This document shows positions 56,518 through 64,000 of a DNA stretch of 64,000 bases, piece by piece. The notes under the pieces are model-generated. The model saw only the letters and a program-made list of their open reading frames with translations, had not been told where the DNA came from and made no database searches. This DNA comes from Bacteroidota bacterium (lineage in GTDB: Bacteria > Bacteroidota > Bacteroidia > Palsa-948): contig JACRAL010000028.1 of assembly GCA_016213435.1 (NCBI GenBank), forward strand, positions 2,196-66,195. Direction: 5' to 3'. The stretch's first letter is position 1. Each line of letters begins with the position of its first letter. Both the position numbers and the translations under genes were made by a program.

Positions 56518-58446
56518 CTATTTAGGCAAGGATGAATTTTGTTGTGCCGAATTCAAAGCGGCTCTTGCTTTCTGAAGGTTGCCTGCAATATTTTTGTTGT
56601 TCGGATTCAACTGAAGTGCTTTCTCATAGTACGAAACAGCAGTTTTATAGTCCCCAAGGTTATGATTGATCGCCCCAAGATTCCCAAGCGCATCCGGATT
56701 ATTTGCATCATATTGGATTGCCTGCAGAAAATATTTTTTAGCCGACTCATAATCTTTGCGTTCAAAATAGATCACTCCGAGGTTATTTGCAGCAGAGGTA
56801 TAATCAGGCGAAACTTTTAGAGTCTGCTCGTAAACCTTCTCAGCGTTTTCCCTGTCTCCCATTCCATAATAGCAAACACCGGCATTGTAAAGTGCTTCCG
56901 TATTGTCAGGTAAAATCTCAATTGCTTTTTTATAATATGCAATTGCTTTTTGAAAAAGAGCAGATCGTTTGTTGGGAACCGGTTCTTTTTCCGCGAGTTC
57001 TCGATAGGAAGAACCGAGCGCACTTTCCGCCCTTGAACTTTTAGGAGTTGCTTCAACTCCTGATGCAAAAAGCGAGAAATTATCTTTCCAGTCTTTGTTG
57101 CGGTTAAATGTTTTGAAGGAGAACAACGCAAGGACAACAAACAAAATGATGCCCCGACCCTGAAGGGAGAAGAAGGAACTGCGATTGCTCCCTTTAGGGT
57201 TGGGGCAAATCACTACTGCAACAGCAATACAAAACGCCAATGACGGAGTGAACAAAAACCGTTCTCCCAGCGTTGCACCGATCATGATGAAGATGTTTGA
57301 TACCACCGACATCGTAACAAAAAAAAACAAAATGCAGTAAGCATAAACAGCCATTGCTGATTGCTGATTTCTGGTCTCTGGTTTTCTGAGCAATTGGACT
57401 AAAAAATGTAAAGAATAAATTCCAAGTACGGCAAACACACACAATATGAGAATAACTTTAATATCCGAGAAAGAAACAATCGGTATTTGATTGAAAGAAT
57501 AATCCCACGAAAGGGGATGAGGAAAAAATAAAAGCAGAATATATTTTCCAAGAATTAAAAGCGCAGTGGCTATCCTGTCTGAACCGTTTGTAGCTGCAGC
57601 CAGTGCGTTGTTCACCACTTTCATTTTCTCAGCAAAAGTTACGGTCTCAAGCACCGAACTTCGTATAACCATATAAACTCCGAATGCAGCAGCAAAAGAG
57701 ATCATGCCGAGTCCGATTTTTTTCAAAGGAACACTTCGAAAAAAAAATATCGTCAGCGGGATAATCGCAAGAAATGTTACCGCCATTTCTTTGCAAAGAA
57801 GAGAGAGAAAGAAGAACAGAACGCTCAAAAAGAAATATTTTTTAAAACCCGTATCAATATGTTTAAGGATGAAAAGAAGTACGAACTCAAAAAAAATAAA
57901 GTTCAATATGTCGTCTCTGCCTTTTATGTTTGCCACTGCTTCGGTGTGAATGGGATGAGCAGCAAAAAGCAAGGTGATGACCAGAGGAATGACCTCACCC
58001 CCAACCCCTCTCCCAAAGGAGAGGGGAGAAGATTTCTCGTTAAACAATTGTTTCATCAAACGAAAAAGTAAAACACACGACAATGCAAATAACAAAACAT
58101 TTATAAAATGCCCCGTATGCGGATTATTTTCAAAAAAATGTTTTTCGATTGCAAAAATGACAGACACCACAGGGCGGTAGGACTGATCATTATGCCCCGT
58201 GAAACCGTAAATAAAACTATGATGGAGAATACTTGGTATGCCGCTCAATCCCGCCTGAACATCTTTGTTCTTCAAATACACCACATCGTCATCCAGCACA
58301 TAGCCGTGGTTCAGCGTGTTTGCGTAAAGCAAAAATGCAAAAGCAAAAACAATAAATGAAAGTAAACGGTCTTTTGTGGAAAGAGAAGGCTTGTTTGCAG
58401 GTCGGGATTTAAAATCCCGACCAACTGACTTCTTTTTTTTGTTCAT
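56518..58446 (-). CDS. Multi-pass membrane protein with C-terminal TPR repeats (TMTC/PMT_2-like glycosyltransferase-type architecture)
   Basis: ~11 transmembrane helices, then at least four TPR motifs ('ALYNAGVCYYGMGD', 'AANNLGVIYFERKDY', 'ALGNLGAINHNLGDY'). The CDS contains two in-frame GC-rich palindromic inserts. Confidence 0.7.
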   Translation of the reverse strand: MNKKKKSVGRDFKSRPANKPSLSTKDRLLSFIVFAFAFLLYANTLNHGYVLDDDVVYLKNKDVQAGLSGIPSILHHSFIYGFTGHNDQSYRPVVSVIFAIEKHFFENNPHTGHFINVLLFALSCVLLFRLMKQLFNEKSSPLSFGRGVGGEVIPLVITLLFAAHPIHTEAVANIKGRDDILNFIFFEFVLLFILKHIDTGFKKYFFLSVLFFFLSLLCKEMAVTFLAIIPLTIFFFRSVPLKKIGLGMISFAAAFGVYMVIRSSVLETVTFAEKMKVVNNALAAATNGSDRIATALLILGKYILLLFFPHPLSWDYSFNQIPIVSFSDIKVILILCVFAVLGIYSLHFLVQLLRKPETRNQQSAMAVYAYCILFFFVTMSVVSNIFIMIGATLGERFLFTPSLAFCIAVAVVICPNPKGSNRSSFFSLQGRGIILFVVLALFSFKTFNRNKDWKDNFSLFASGVEATPKSSRAESALGSSYRELAEKEPVPNKRSALFQKAIAYYKKAIEILPDNTEALYNAGVCYYGMGDRENAEKVYEQTLKVSPDYTSAANNLGVIYFERKDYESAKKYFLQAIQYDANNPDALGNLGAINHNLGDYKTAVSYYEKALQLNPNNKNIAGNLQKARAALNSAQQNSSLPK

Positions 58447-58679
58447 TCAGCCAAGACAGTGATCTTGTTTTTTAAAACTTCTACCACTCCGCCTTTGATG
58501 GGGAAAGAATGACTTTGTTTTTGTTCGTCAACCACTTTTACACTTCCTTTTTTGAGAGAGGAAATAAGCGGAGCGTGATTTTTCAAAACCCCGAATGAAC
58601 CGGCTGAGCCGGGAAGTTTTACAGATTTAACTTCTCCGCTGAAAAGTTTTTTGTCGGGAGTGATTATTTCAAGAAGCAT
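58443..58679 (-). CDS. atpC: F0F1 ATP synthase epsilon subunit (short form)
   Basis: 'LLEIITPDKKLFSGEVKSVKLPGSAGSFGVLKNHAPLISSLKKGSV' matches the AtpC N-terminal beta-sandwich; internal Met start chosen. Confidence 0.7.
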   Translation of the reverse strand: MLLEIITPDKKLFSGEVKSVKLPGSAGSFGVLKNHAPLISSLKKGSVKVVDEQKQSHSFPIKGGVVEVLKNKITVLAE

Positions 58680-58802
58680 ATATCTAAGATTTAATAACAA
58701 TGAGTTAAAGCAGTTGTCGCAAAAGTATGAAAAAGTTTTTCCCCAGCCCTAAAGGGAGCAATACAACTTATATTCTCCCTTTAGGGTCGAGGCGGCTGTT
58801 GG

Positions 58803-59363
58803 TTATTTATCCTTCCATTTAATATTACATCCGATACTTGGTTTTTGCTCCGCAGGAACCGATTTCCCGCTGAGAAGAAGATCAAGTGCTGCGCGAATGT
58901 CTTTTCCAGTAACAGGAATTTCATTGGAAGGGCGCGAATCATCCAGCTGTCCGCGGTATGCAAGTTTGAGATCCTTGTCATAAATAAAAAAGTCAGGCGT
59001 ACAGGCGGCATCATAGGCACGTGCGACTTCCTGCGATTCATCGTAGAGATAGGGAAAAGTGTAACCTAGTTCTTTTGCGGTCTGTTTCATTTTCTCCGGG
59101 GAATCTTCAGGGTGATTTACCACATCGTTTGAACTGATGGCAATGAATGAAACTCCTTGCGGAATGAAATCATCCGCCAGCCGGACCAATTCTTTGTTCG
59201 CATGTTTCACGAATGGGCAGTGATTACAAATAAACATTATCAATGTTGCTTTGTCCGATTTCAGATCGTTGAGAGAAAGTGTTTTTCCGGAAACTGTATC
59301 GGGCAAAGAAAAGTCAAAAGCATTGCTTCCCAGCGGAATCATGACGGAAGGAGTTAAAGCCAT
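58803..59363 (-). CDS. Thioredoxin-fold (redoxin/TlpA-like) protein
   Basis: 'CNHCP' CxxC motif in a thioredoxin-like context; 186 aa. Confidence 0.7.
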   Translation of the reverse strand: MALTPSVMIPLGSNAFDFSLPDTVSGKTLSLNDLKSDKATLIMFICNHCPFVKHANKELVRLADDFIPQGVSFIAISSNDVVNHPEDSPEKMKQTAKELGYTFPYLYDESQEVARAYDAACTPDFFIYDKDLKLAYRGQLDDSRPSNEIPVTGKDIRAALDLLLSGKSVPAEQKPSIGCNIKWKDK

Positions 59364-59375
59364 TTTCTTGTGTAT

Positions 59376-60161
59376 TTAAAGCGAGAGAGTTCTCCCTCCA
59401 TCCACCGGAAGATTTACTCCATTTATATAAGAAGCGGCAGGTGAGGCGAGGAAAGCAGCAGCAGCAGCAATTTCAGAAGCATCGGCAAATCTACCGACAG
59501 GAATTTCTTTCAGCCATTCTTGTCCTTCTTCCTTAATGGAGATTCCCAATTTCTTTGCTTTTGCATCGAGCAAGGAATTTAATCGTTCGGTGTTGGTTGC
59601 GCCCGGAAGAATATTATTTACGGTAATTCCATACTGCCCTAATTCTCCTGCTAAAGTTTTTGACCAGTTTGCAACCGCAGCGCGAATGGTATTCGATACA
59701 CCCAATCCTTTTATCGGCTGTTTCACCGAAGTGGAAATAACATTGATGATGCGCCCGTATTTTTCTTTTTTCATTCCGCCAACTACTGCCTGAACCAAAA
59801 TGTGATTGCAGAGCAAATGATTTGAAAATGCCTGCGTGAATTCTTCGGTCTTTGCGTCAATAATTGGTCCACCTGCCGGTCCCCCGGTATTGTTGATCAG
59901 TATGTGAATGGAATTTTTATTTGCGTATTCCTCCACTCTCTTTTTCAATTCATCGGGCTTGGTGAAATCAACCACAATATAATTGTGCTTCTGTCCTTTC
60001 GAAGAATCGAGTTCGCCAGAAACATTTTTCAACTTACTTTCATCTCTCGCAACAAGTGTAACATTCGCGCCAAGCAAAGCAAGTTCAACAGCAATGGCTT
60101 TGCCGATTCCTTGCGTACTACCACAGACAAAGGTGTTTTTATGTTTCAGGTCTAAATTCAT
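59376..60161 (-). CDS. SDR-family oxidoreductase (FabG-like)
   Basis: 'GSTQGIGKAIA' Rossmann motif and a YxxxK-type active-site region; 261 aa. Confidence 0.85.
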   Translation of the reverse strand: MNLDLKHKNTFVCGSTQGIGKAIAVELALLGANVTLVARDESKLKNVSGELDSSKGQKHNYIVVDFTKPDELKKRVEEYANKNSIHILINNTGGPAGGPIIDAKTEEFTQAFSNHLLCNHILVQAVVGGMKKEKYGRIINVISTSVKQPIKGLGVSNTIRAAVANWSKTLAGELGQYGITVNNILPGATNTERLNSLLDAKAKKLGISIKEEGQEWLKEIPVGRFADASEIAAAAAFLASPAASYINGVNLPVDGGRTLSL

Positions 60162-60239
60162 TTCCTACTAAACTACTAATCAGCACTAATATACTAATTT
60201 CATTATTTTGAAGAGAGGTCATTGCCGACTGCCAATTTC

Positions 60240-60680
60240 CTACTTGTTGTTTGTGATTACAATCTTTTCAATCTTATCACCCGCAACAATTTTATCGATC
60301 ACCTCCAATCCATCCGTAACTTTTCCAAAACAAGTATGAACACGATCCAGGTGTGAAGTATTATTTCTGCTGTGACAAACAAAAAATTGTGAACCTCCCG
60401 TGTTTTTTCCTGCGTGAGCCATACTCAGCACACCACGATCGTGATATTGATTGTCGCCCGATGTTTCGCAATCAATTTTATATCCCGGTCCTCCTGTGCC
60501 GGTTCCATTCGGACAGCCGCCTTGAATTACGAAATCAGGAATCACCCTATGAAAAGTAAGCCCGTCATAATATCGTTTTTCGCTTAACTTAATAAAGTTT
60601 GCTACGGTGTTTGGCGCGTCTTTTTCGTAGAAGTCAACCTTCATTACGCCTTTTGCTGTGTGTATCTCTGCTTTTTTCAT
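60240..60680 (-). CDS. Peptidyl-prolyl cis-trans isomerase, cyclophilin type
   Basis: '[13 protein letters not shown]', 'GTGGPGY', 'LSMAHAG'; 146 aa. Confidence 0.9.
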   Translation of the reverse strand: MKKAEIHTAKGVMKVDFYEKDAPNTVANFIKLSEKRYYDGLTFHRVIPDFVIQGGCPNGTGTGGPGYKIDCETSGDNQYHDRGVLSMAHAGKNTGGSQFFVCHSRNNTSHLDRVHTCFGKVTDGLEVIDKIVAGDKIEKIVITNNK

Positions 60681-60738
60681 ATTAAAGTTTTTACAAAAGT
60701 AAAATAATTACAGAGTAATCTTAGTTTACCTTTGTAAT

Positions 60739-61572
60739 ATGATCAATCTCGGAGTTTATAACTCATTGGCAGTCTTAAGGAGCGCAGAGCAAGGTTTTTA
60801 TCTTGGCGATGATTCGGGAGAATCCGTGTTGCTCCCCAACCGCTACATTCCCGCAGGTGCGCAGATAGGAGATACGCTCACTGTTTTTATCTACAACGAT
60901 TCCGAAGACCGGATAATTGCCACTACGCTCACGCCAAAAATTACACTGAACAAATTCGCCTGTCTCGATGTAGTGAGCGTTACGAGTCACGGAGCATTTT
61001 TAGATTGGGGATTGGCAAAAGATATTTTTGTTCCTTTCAACGAACAATCAAAAAAACTGGAAGCGGGAAATCATCCGATCGTTTTTCTCTACCTCGATAA
61101 AGTCACGAACCGATTAGCGGCATCGGCAAAAATCAATAAGTTTCTCAACAACGAAACCATTGAAGTAAAAGAAAAAGACGAAGTGGAATTATTGATTGCG
61201 GAGATAACGGATATCGGCATCAATGTGATCATCAACGACTGCTACAAAGGAATACTTTATCAGAATGAAATTTTCCGGAAGCTGCAATATGGCGAACGCG
61301 TGAAAGGTTATATTAAAAAAATAAGAACAGACAATAAAATAGATGTGAGCTTGGAAAAATTAGGATATGATAAAGTGCAATCGCACGAAGAAAAAATAAT
61401 CAGCAAACTGAAAGAGGGTAACGGATTTCTGAAACTGAACGATTACAGCTCTCCTGAAGAAATCACCGAGGTGTTGGAAATGAGCAAGAAAACTTTTAAA
61501 AAAGCGATCGGTTCTCTTTTCAAACAGAGAAAAATTCGAATTGAAGAGAAAGGAATTTATCTGAATAAGTAA
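60739..61572 (+). CDS. CvfB/YitL-family S1-domain RNA-binding protein
   Basis: Three S1-like segments plus a C-terminal winged-helix ('KKTFKKAIGSLFKQRKIRIEEKGIYL'). Confidence 0.75.
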   Translation: MINLGVYNSLAVLRSAEQGFYLGDDSGESVLLPNRYIPAGAQIGDTLTVFIYNDSEDRIIATTLTPKITLNKFACLDVVSVTSHGAFLDWGLAKDIFVPFNEQSKKLEAGNHPIVFLYLDKVTNRLAASAKINKFLNNETIEVKEKDEVELLIAEITDIGINVIINDCYKGILYQNEIFRKLQYGERVKGYIKKIRTDNKIDVSLEKLGYDKVQSHEEKIISKLKEGNGFLKLNDYSSPEEITEVLEMSKKTFKKAIGSLFKQRKIRIEEKGIYLNK

Positions 61573-61621
61573 CAATTAAGTTCTTTCCAAATCAATTTCT
61601 GCTCTCTATCTTTTTCTATAT

Positions 61622-62755
61622 TTGCCGACTAAAAAAATCTTTATGTCAACAAAAAAATCCGGTATCATCACTCCACAGTCAATGGACTTTTTAAAAAACT
61701 ACATCAATCTTCCTTCCCCCACCGGATTCGAGTGCCGTTTGCCTCATGGTGAAAAAACAGGTCAGCAGTTATGGCTGGAATACATCAAGCAGTACTCCGA
61801 TGATTTTTTTGTAGATACCTATGGCACAGCGGTAGGGATCATCAATCCGAAGGAAGAATATAAAATTGTGATCGAAGCGCACGCAGACGAAATTTCCTGG
61901 TACGTTCATTACATTACAAAAGAAGGATTCATTTATCTCAGGCGCAATGGCGGAAGCGACCATCAGATCGCTCCTTCCAAACGCGTGAATATTCACACCG
62001 ATAAAGGAATTGTAAAGGCAGTGTTCGGCTGGCCTGCTATTCATACACGCGAGGCAGGAAAAGAAGAAACGCCTTCTATGAAAAACCTTTTTCTCGATTG
62101 CGGGTGCAAGTCGGACAAAGAACTTGAAAAACTTGGAGTACATGTGGGTTGCGTGGTTACCTATGAAGACGAGTTCATGGTGCTGAACAATAATTTTTAT
62201 GTTGGACGCGCGCTCGATAACCGCATGGGAGGATTCGTGATCGCGCAGGTGGCGAGATTGATAAAAGAAAAGAAAATAAAACTTCCTTTCGGATTGTATA
62301 TTGTAAATTCTGTGCAGGAAGAAGTCGGATTGAATGGAGCAAGGATGATCGCGAGCAACATCAAACCTGCCTGTGCCATCGTTACCGATGTTACCCACGA
62401 TTCTCAAACTCCGATGATGAACAAAATACAAAGCGGAGACATTGCCTGCGGAAAAGGTCCTGCGCTCACCTACGGTCCTGCAGTTCACAACATACTTCTT
62501 GATCAGATCATTCATACTGCAAACAAGAATAAAATTCCTTTCCAGCGCGAAGTGGCATCACGTTCAACCGGAACAGATACCGATGCGTTTGCATATTCAG
62601 GAAGCGGCATTGCTTCTGCGTTAATATCTCTTCCACTGCGCTACATGCACACCACGGTTGAATCGGTTCACCGCGATGATGTGGAGAGTGTAATCAAACT
62701 CATTTATGAAACATTGCGGAGCATCAAGAAAAATCAGAAGTTTAACTACTTGTAA
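61622..62755 (+). CDS. M42-family aminopeptidase/endoglucanase (FrvX/CelM-like)
   Basis: 'EAHADEI' and 'GRALDNRMG' metal-ligand regions of peptidase M42; 377 aa. Confidence 0.8.
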   Translation: MPTKKIFMSTKKSGIITPQSMDFLKNYINLPSPTGFECRLPHGEKTGQQLWLEYIKQYSDDFFVDTYGTAVGIINPKEEYKIVIEAHADEISWYVHYITKEGFIYLRRNGGSDHQIAPSKRVNIHTDKGIVKAVFGWPAIHTREAGKEETPSMKNLFLDCGCKSDKELEKLGVHVGCVVTYEDEFMVLNNNFYVGRALDNRMGGFVIAQVARLIKEKKIKLPFGLYIVNSVQEEVGLNGARMIASNIKPACAIVTDVTHDSQTPMMNKIQSGDIACGKGPALTYGPAVHNILLDQIIHTANKNKIPFQREVASRSTGTDTDAFAYSGSGIASALISLPLRYMHTTVESVHRDDVESVIKLIYETLRSIKKNQKFNYL

Positions 62756-62825
62756 ATCGGACAGACATCGGAATTAACAGCAACACATATTTCCTTAATC
62801 ATTACTTATTGCCTGCTGATAATTT

Positions 62826-63725
62826 ATGCCTATTTTTGCCATAGAAAATTTCTTAATCATCATGCCGAAAAAACTTCCTTTTCTCATCATATTTTCATTG
62901 ATCATATTCCTGGTTTTCTCCTGTGGAAATGGGAAAAACAACAAAGATGTTACTACAACCCATGGAACATCTTCTGCCTCAACTAACGACACAAGAAAAA
63001 TTGATGGTCTGACTCAATCAAAATACAACAAACTCATAAGCAATATTCCTATTCCGTTTGATATCCTCCGCACTCATGCAGAAGTTCCTTTGATTTATAA
63101 TGCAAGTGTGCTTAATCCAACTTCCAATCTTCCGTTCTATTCTTCTAATTTGTCAAAAGCACTGAACCTTGGAATTTACGGAGGCGATCTTGCATACAGC
63201 ATCACCTACGAAAAATTTGACGACATGGGAAGTTATCTGAAGTGCGCAAAAAAACTTGCTGACGATCTGGGAATTCCCCTTGCCTTCGACCAACATGCAC
63301 TTTCTACTTATAAAGAATTCGGAACAAACAAAGACAGTTTGGAGAGAATTATTTTTTCGTCTTACAGCGAAGTGGATAAAACATTAAAGTCGAACGAACG
63401 CATCGGACTTGCCTCTCTTGTTGTTTCAGGGGGCTGGTTAGAAGGATTGTACACTACGTTAAAAACATTCGAAAGCACTCCCCAAAAAGATAAGTCAAAA
63501 ACGCTGCGCAATAAAATAGTGGAGCAAAAAACTCATCTTTATATGATCCTGAATTTGCTCGGACAATTTAAAGACGATCAAACATACTCTCCCATCTTAG
63601 AGGAATTCAGCAGCATCAAAGCCATTTACGATGGGCTTTCCGTTAAGTCCGAAATTAATGAAACTGCAATTTCCGCCCTCACTAAAAAGGTGGAAGAAGT
63701 GCGCGGCAAGATCGTTGCGCGATGA
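62826..63725 (+). CDS. Hypothetical lipoprotein
   Basis: Signal peptide with 'FSC' lipobox; 299 aa. Confidence 0.5.
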   Translation: MPIFAIENFLIIMPKKLPFLIIFSLIIFLVFSCGNGKNNKDVTTTHGTSSASTNDTRKIDGLTQSKYNKLISNIPIPFDILRTHAEVPLIYNASVLNPTSNLPFYSSNLSKALNLGIYGGDLAYSITYEKFDDMGSYLKCAKKLADDLGIPLAFDQHALSTYKEFGTNKDSLERIIFSSYSEVDKTLKSNERIGLASLVVSGGWLEGLYTTLKTFESTPQKDKSKTLRNKIVEQKTHLYMILNLLGQFKDDQTYSPILEEFSSIKAIYDGLSVKSEINETAISALTKKVEEVRGKIVAR

Positions 63726-63956
63726 TTTTTTATACCTCTGAAAACTTTCCGGATTAGAAAAACAAAACAATTTTCTTTCTTTATGTGTTTCTTGCTGAAA
63801 CTCATCCTGAGGTATACGCTGCACTTCATTTCAACCTCAATGTCCGGGTAAATTCTTTTTCTCTACTTTTGTCCGCAAGAGTAAAGAGCAGAAAGTAGAA
63901 TAAGAAAATCCTCCTACTTGCAGCTTTCTGCTTATTCTTACTTCTTGATACATAGT

Positions 63957-64000
63957 ATGGCAGCCGATCTTTTTCAAGCACCCGATTATTTTAACGTGGA
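63957..64000 (+). CDS. Start of an ORF continuing beyond window (MAADLFQAPDYFNV...)
   Basis: ATG with an open frame to the window end, preceded by a hairpin at 63850-63905. Confidence 0.25.
   Translation, partial: MAADLFQAPDYFNV

Noticed and set aside
57859-58180. Plus-strand small ORFs (57859..58071, 57974..58180) containing 'PNPSPKGEGRRF'
   Set aside because: These are the antisense reading of the palindromic insert within the minus-strand TPR membrane-protein gene, not separate genes.
1-64000. CRISPR arrays, rRNA genes, IS elements with transposases
   Set aside because: No spaced direct-repeat arrays, rRNA-like conserved blocks or DDE/HUH transposase motifs were seen. The only tRNA found is tRNA-Ser at 56353-56440.

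Overview
This is a low-GC Bacteroidota chromosomal segment, judged from the gene content: a PorV/FadL-like outer-membrane protein, an RND efflux operon, the conserved ileS-dksA-lspA neighbourhood and a short NuoG. It is read here in three parts.

(1) Core region, 1-31.3 kb. It carries the Fe-S cluster carrier genes apbC and a NifU-like gene, plus rsmA/ksgA, ispF and a FadL/PorV-like outer-membrane protein. A nuoE-to-nuoN NADH dehydrogenase cluster lies on the minus strand. The cluster begins at nuoE, with no nuoABCD in the window, and a uracil-DNA-glycosylase-superfamily gene sits between nuoF and nuoG. Downstream come ridA and ileS, a DksA/TraR-type gene with a long lysine/alanine-rich histone-H1-like N-terminal tail, lspA, an RNase HI with a hybrid-binding domain, two outer-membrane/lipoprotein genes and an MFP-RND-TolC efflux operon.

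(2) A putative integrated, phage-like mobile island of about 24.5 kb, roughly 31.9-56.4 kb. All its genes are on the plus strand and it ends at a large serine recombinase beside a tRNA-Ser(GGA) on the minus strand. The cargo includes:
- an XRE-HTH/ImmA-IrrE metallopeptidase regulator;
- a protein combining a sigma70 region-4-like HTH with an RNA polymerase alpha-CTD-like domain;
- three paralogous small HTH-like proteins;
- a transglutaminase-like cysteine-protease-domain protein;
- a run of uncharacterised, possibly structural proteins;
- a bacterial annexin-repeat protein;
- a peptidoglycan-binding protein, an Amidase_2 (PGRP-type) lysin, holin-like and spanin-like proteins;
- a 2128-aa polyvalent protein (RadC/JAB, a beta-class DNA methyltransferase, a gamma-class N6A methyltransferase and a DEAH/SNF2-like helicase);
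- a RecA-like P-loop ATPase with an internal duplicated domain.
No terminase, portal or capsid gene is recognisable, so the element may be a new kind of phage-derived or satellite-like island.

(3) Right flank. It carries a TPR-containing multi-pass membrane protein, a solitary atpC, a thioredoxin-like protein, an SDR, a cyclophilin, a CvfB-like S1 protein, an M42 peptidase and a lipoprotein.

Superimposed on the core genes is a family of GC-rich palindromic elements that stand out in the AT-rich background. Some form conserved hairpin + AGGAGGGG (Shine-Dalgarno-like) 5'-UTR modules in front of nuoJ, nuoI, nuoF and a DUF4286 gene. Others are inserted in frame inside protein-coding genes, as Rickettsia palindromic elements are: ileS three times, rnhA once and the TPR membrane protein twice.
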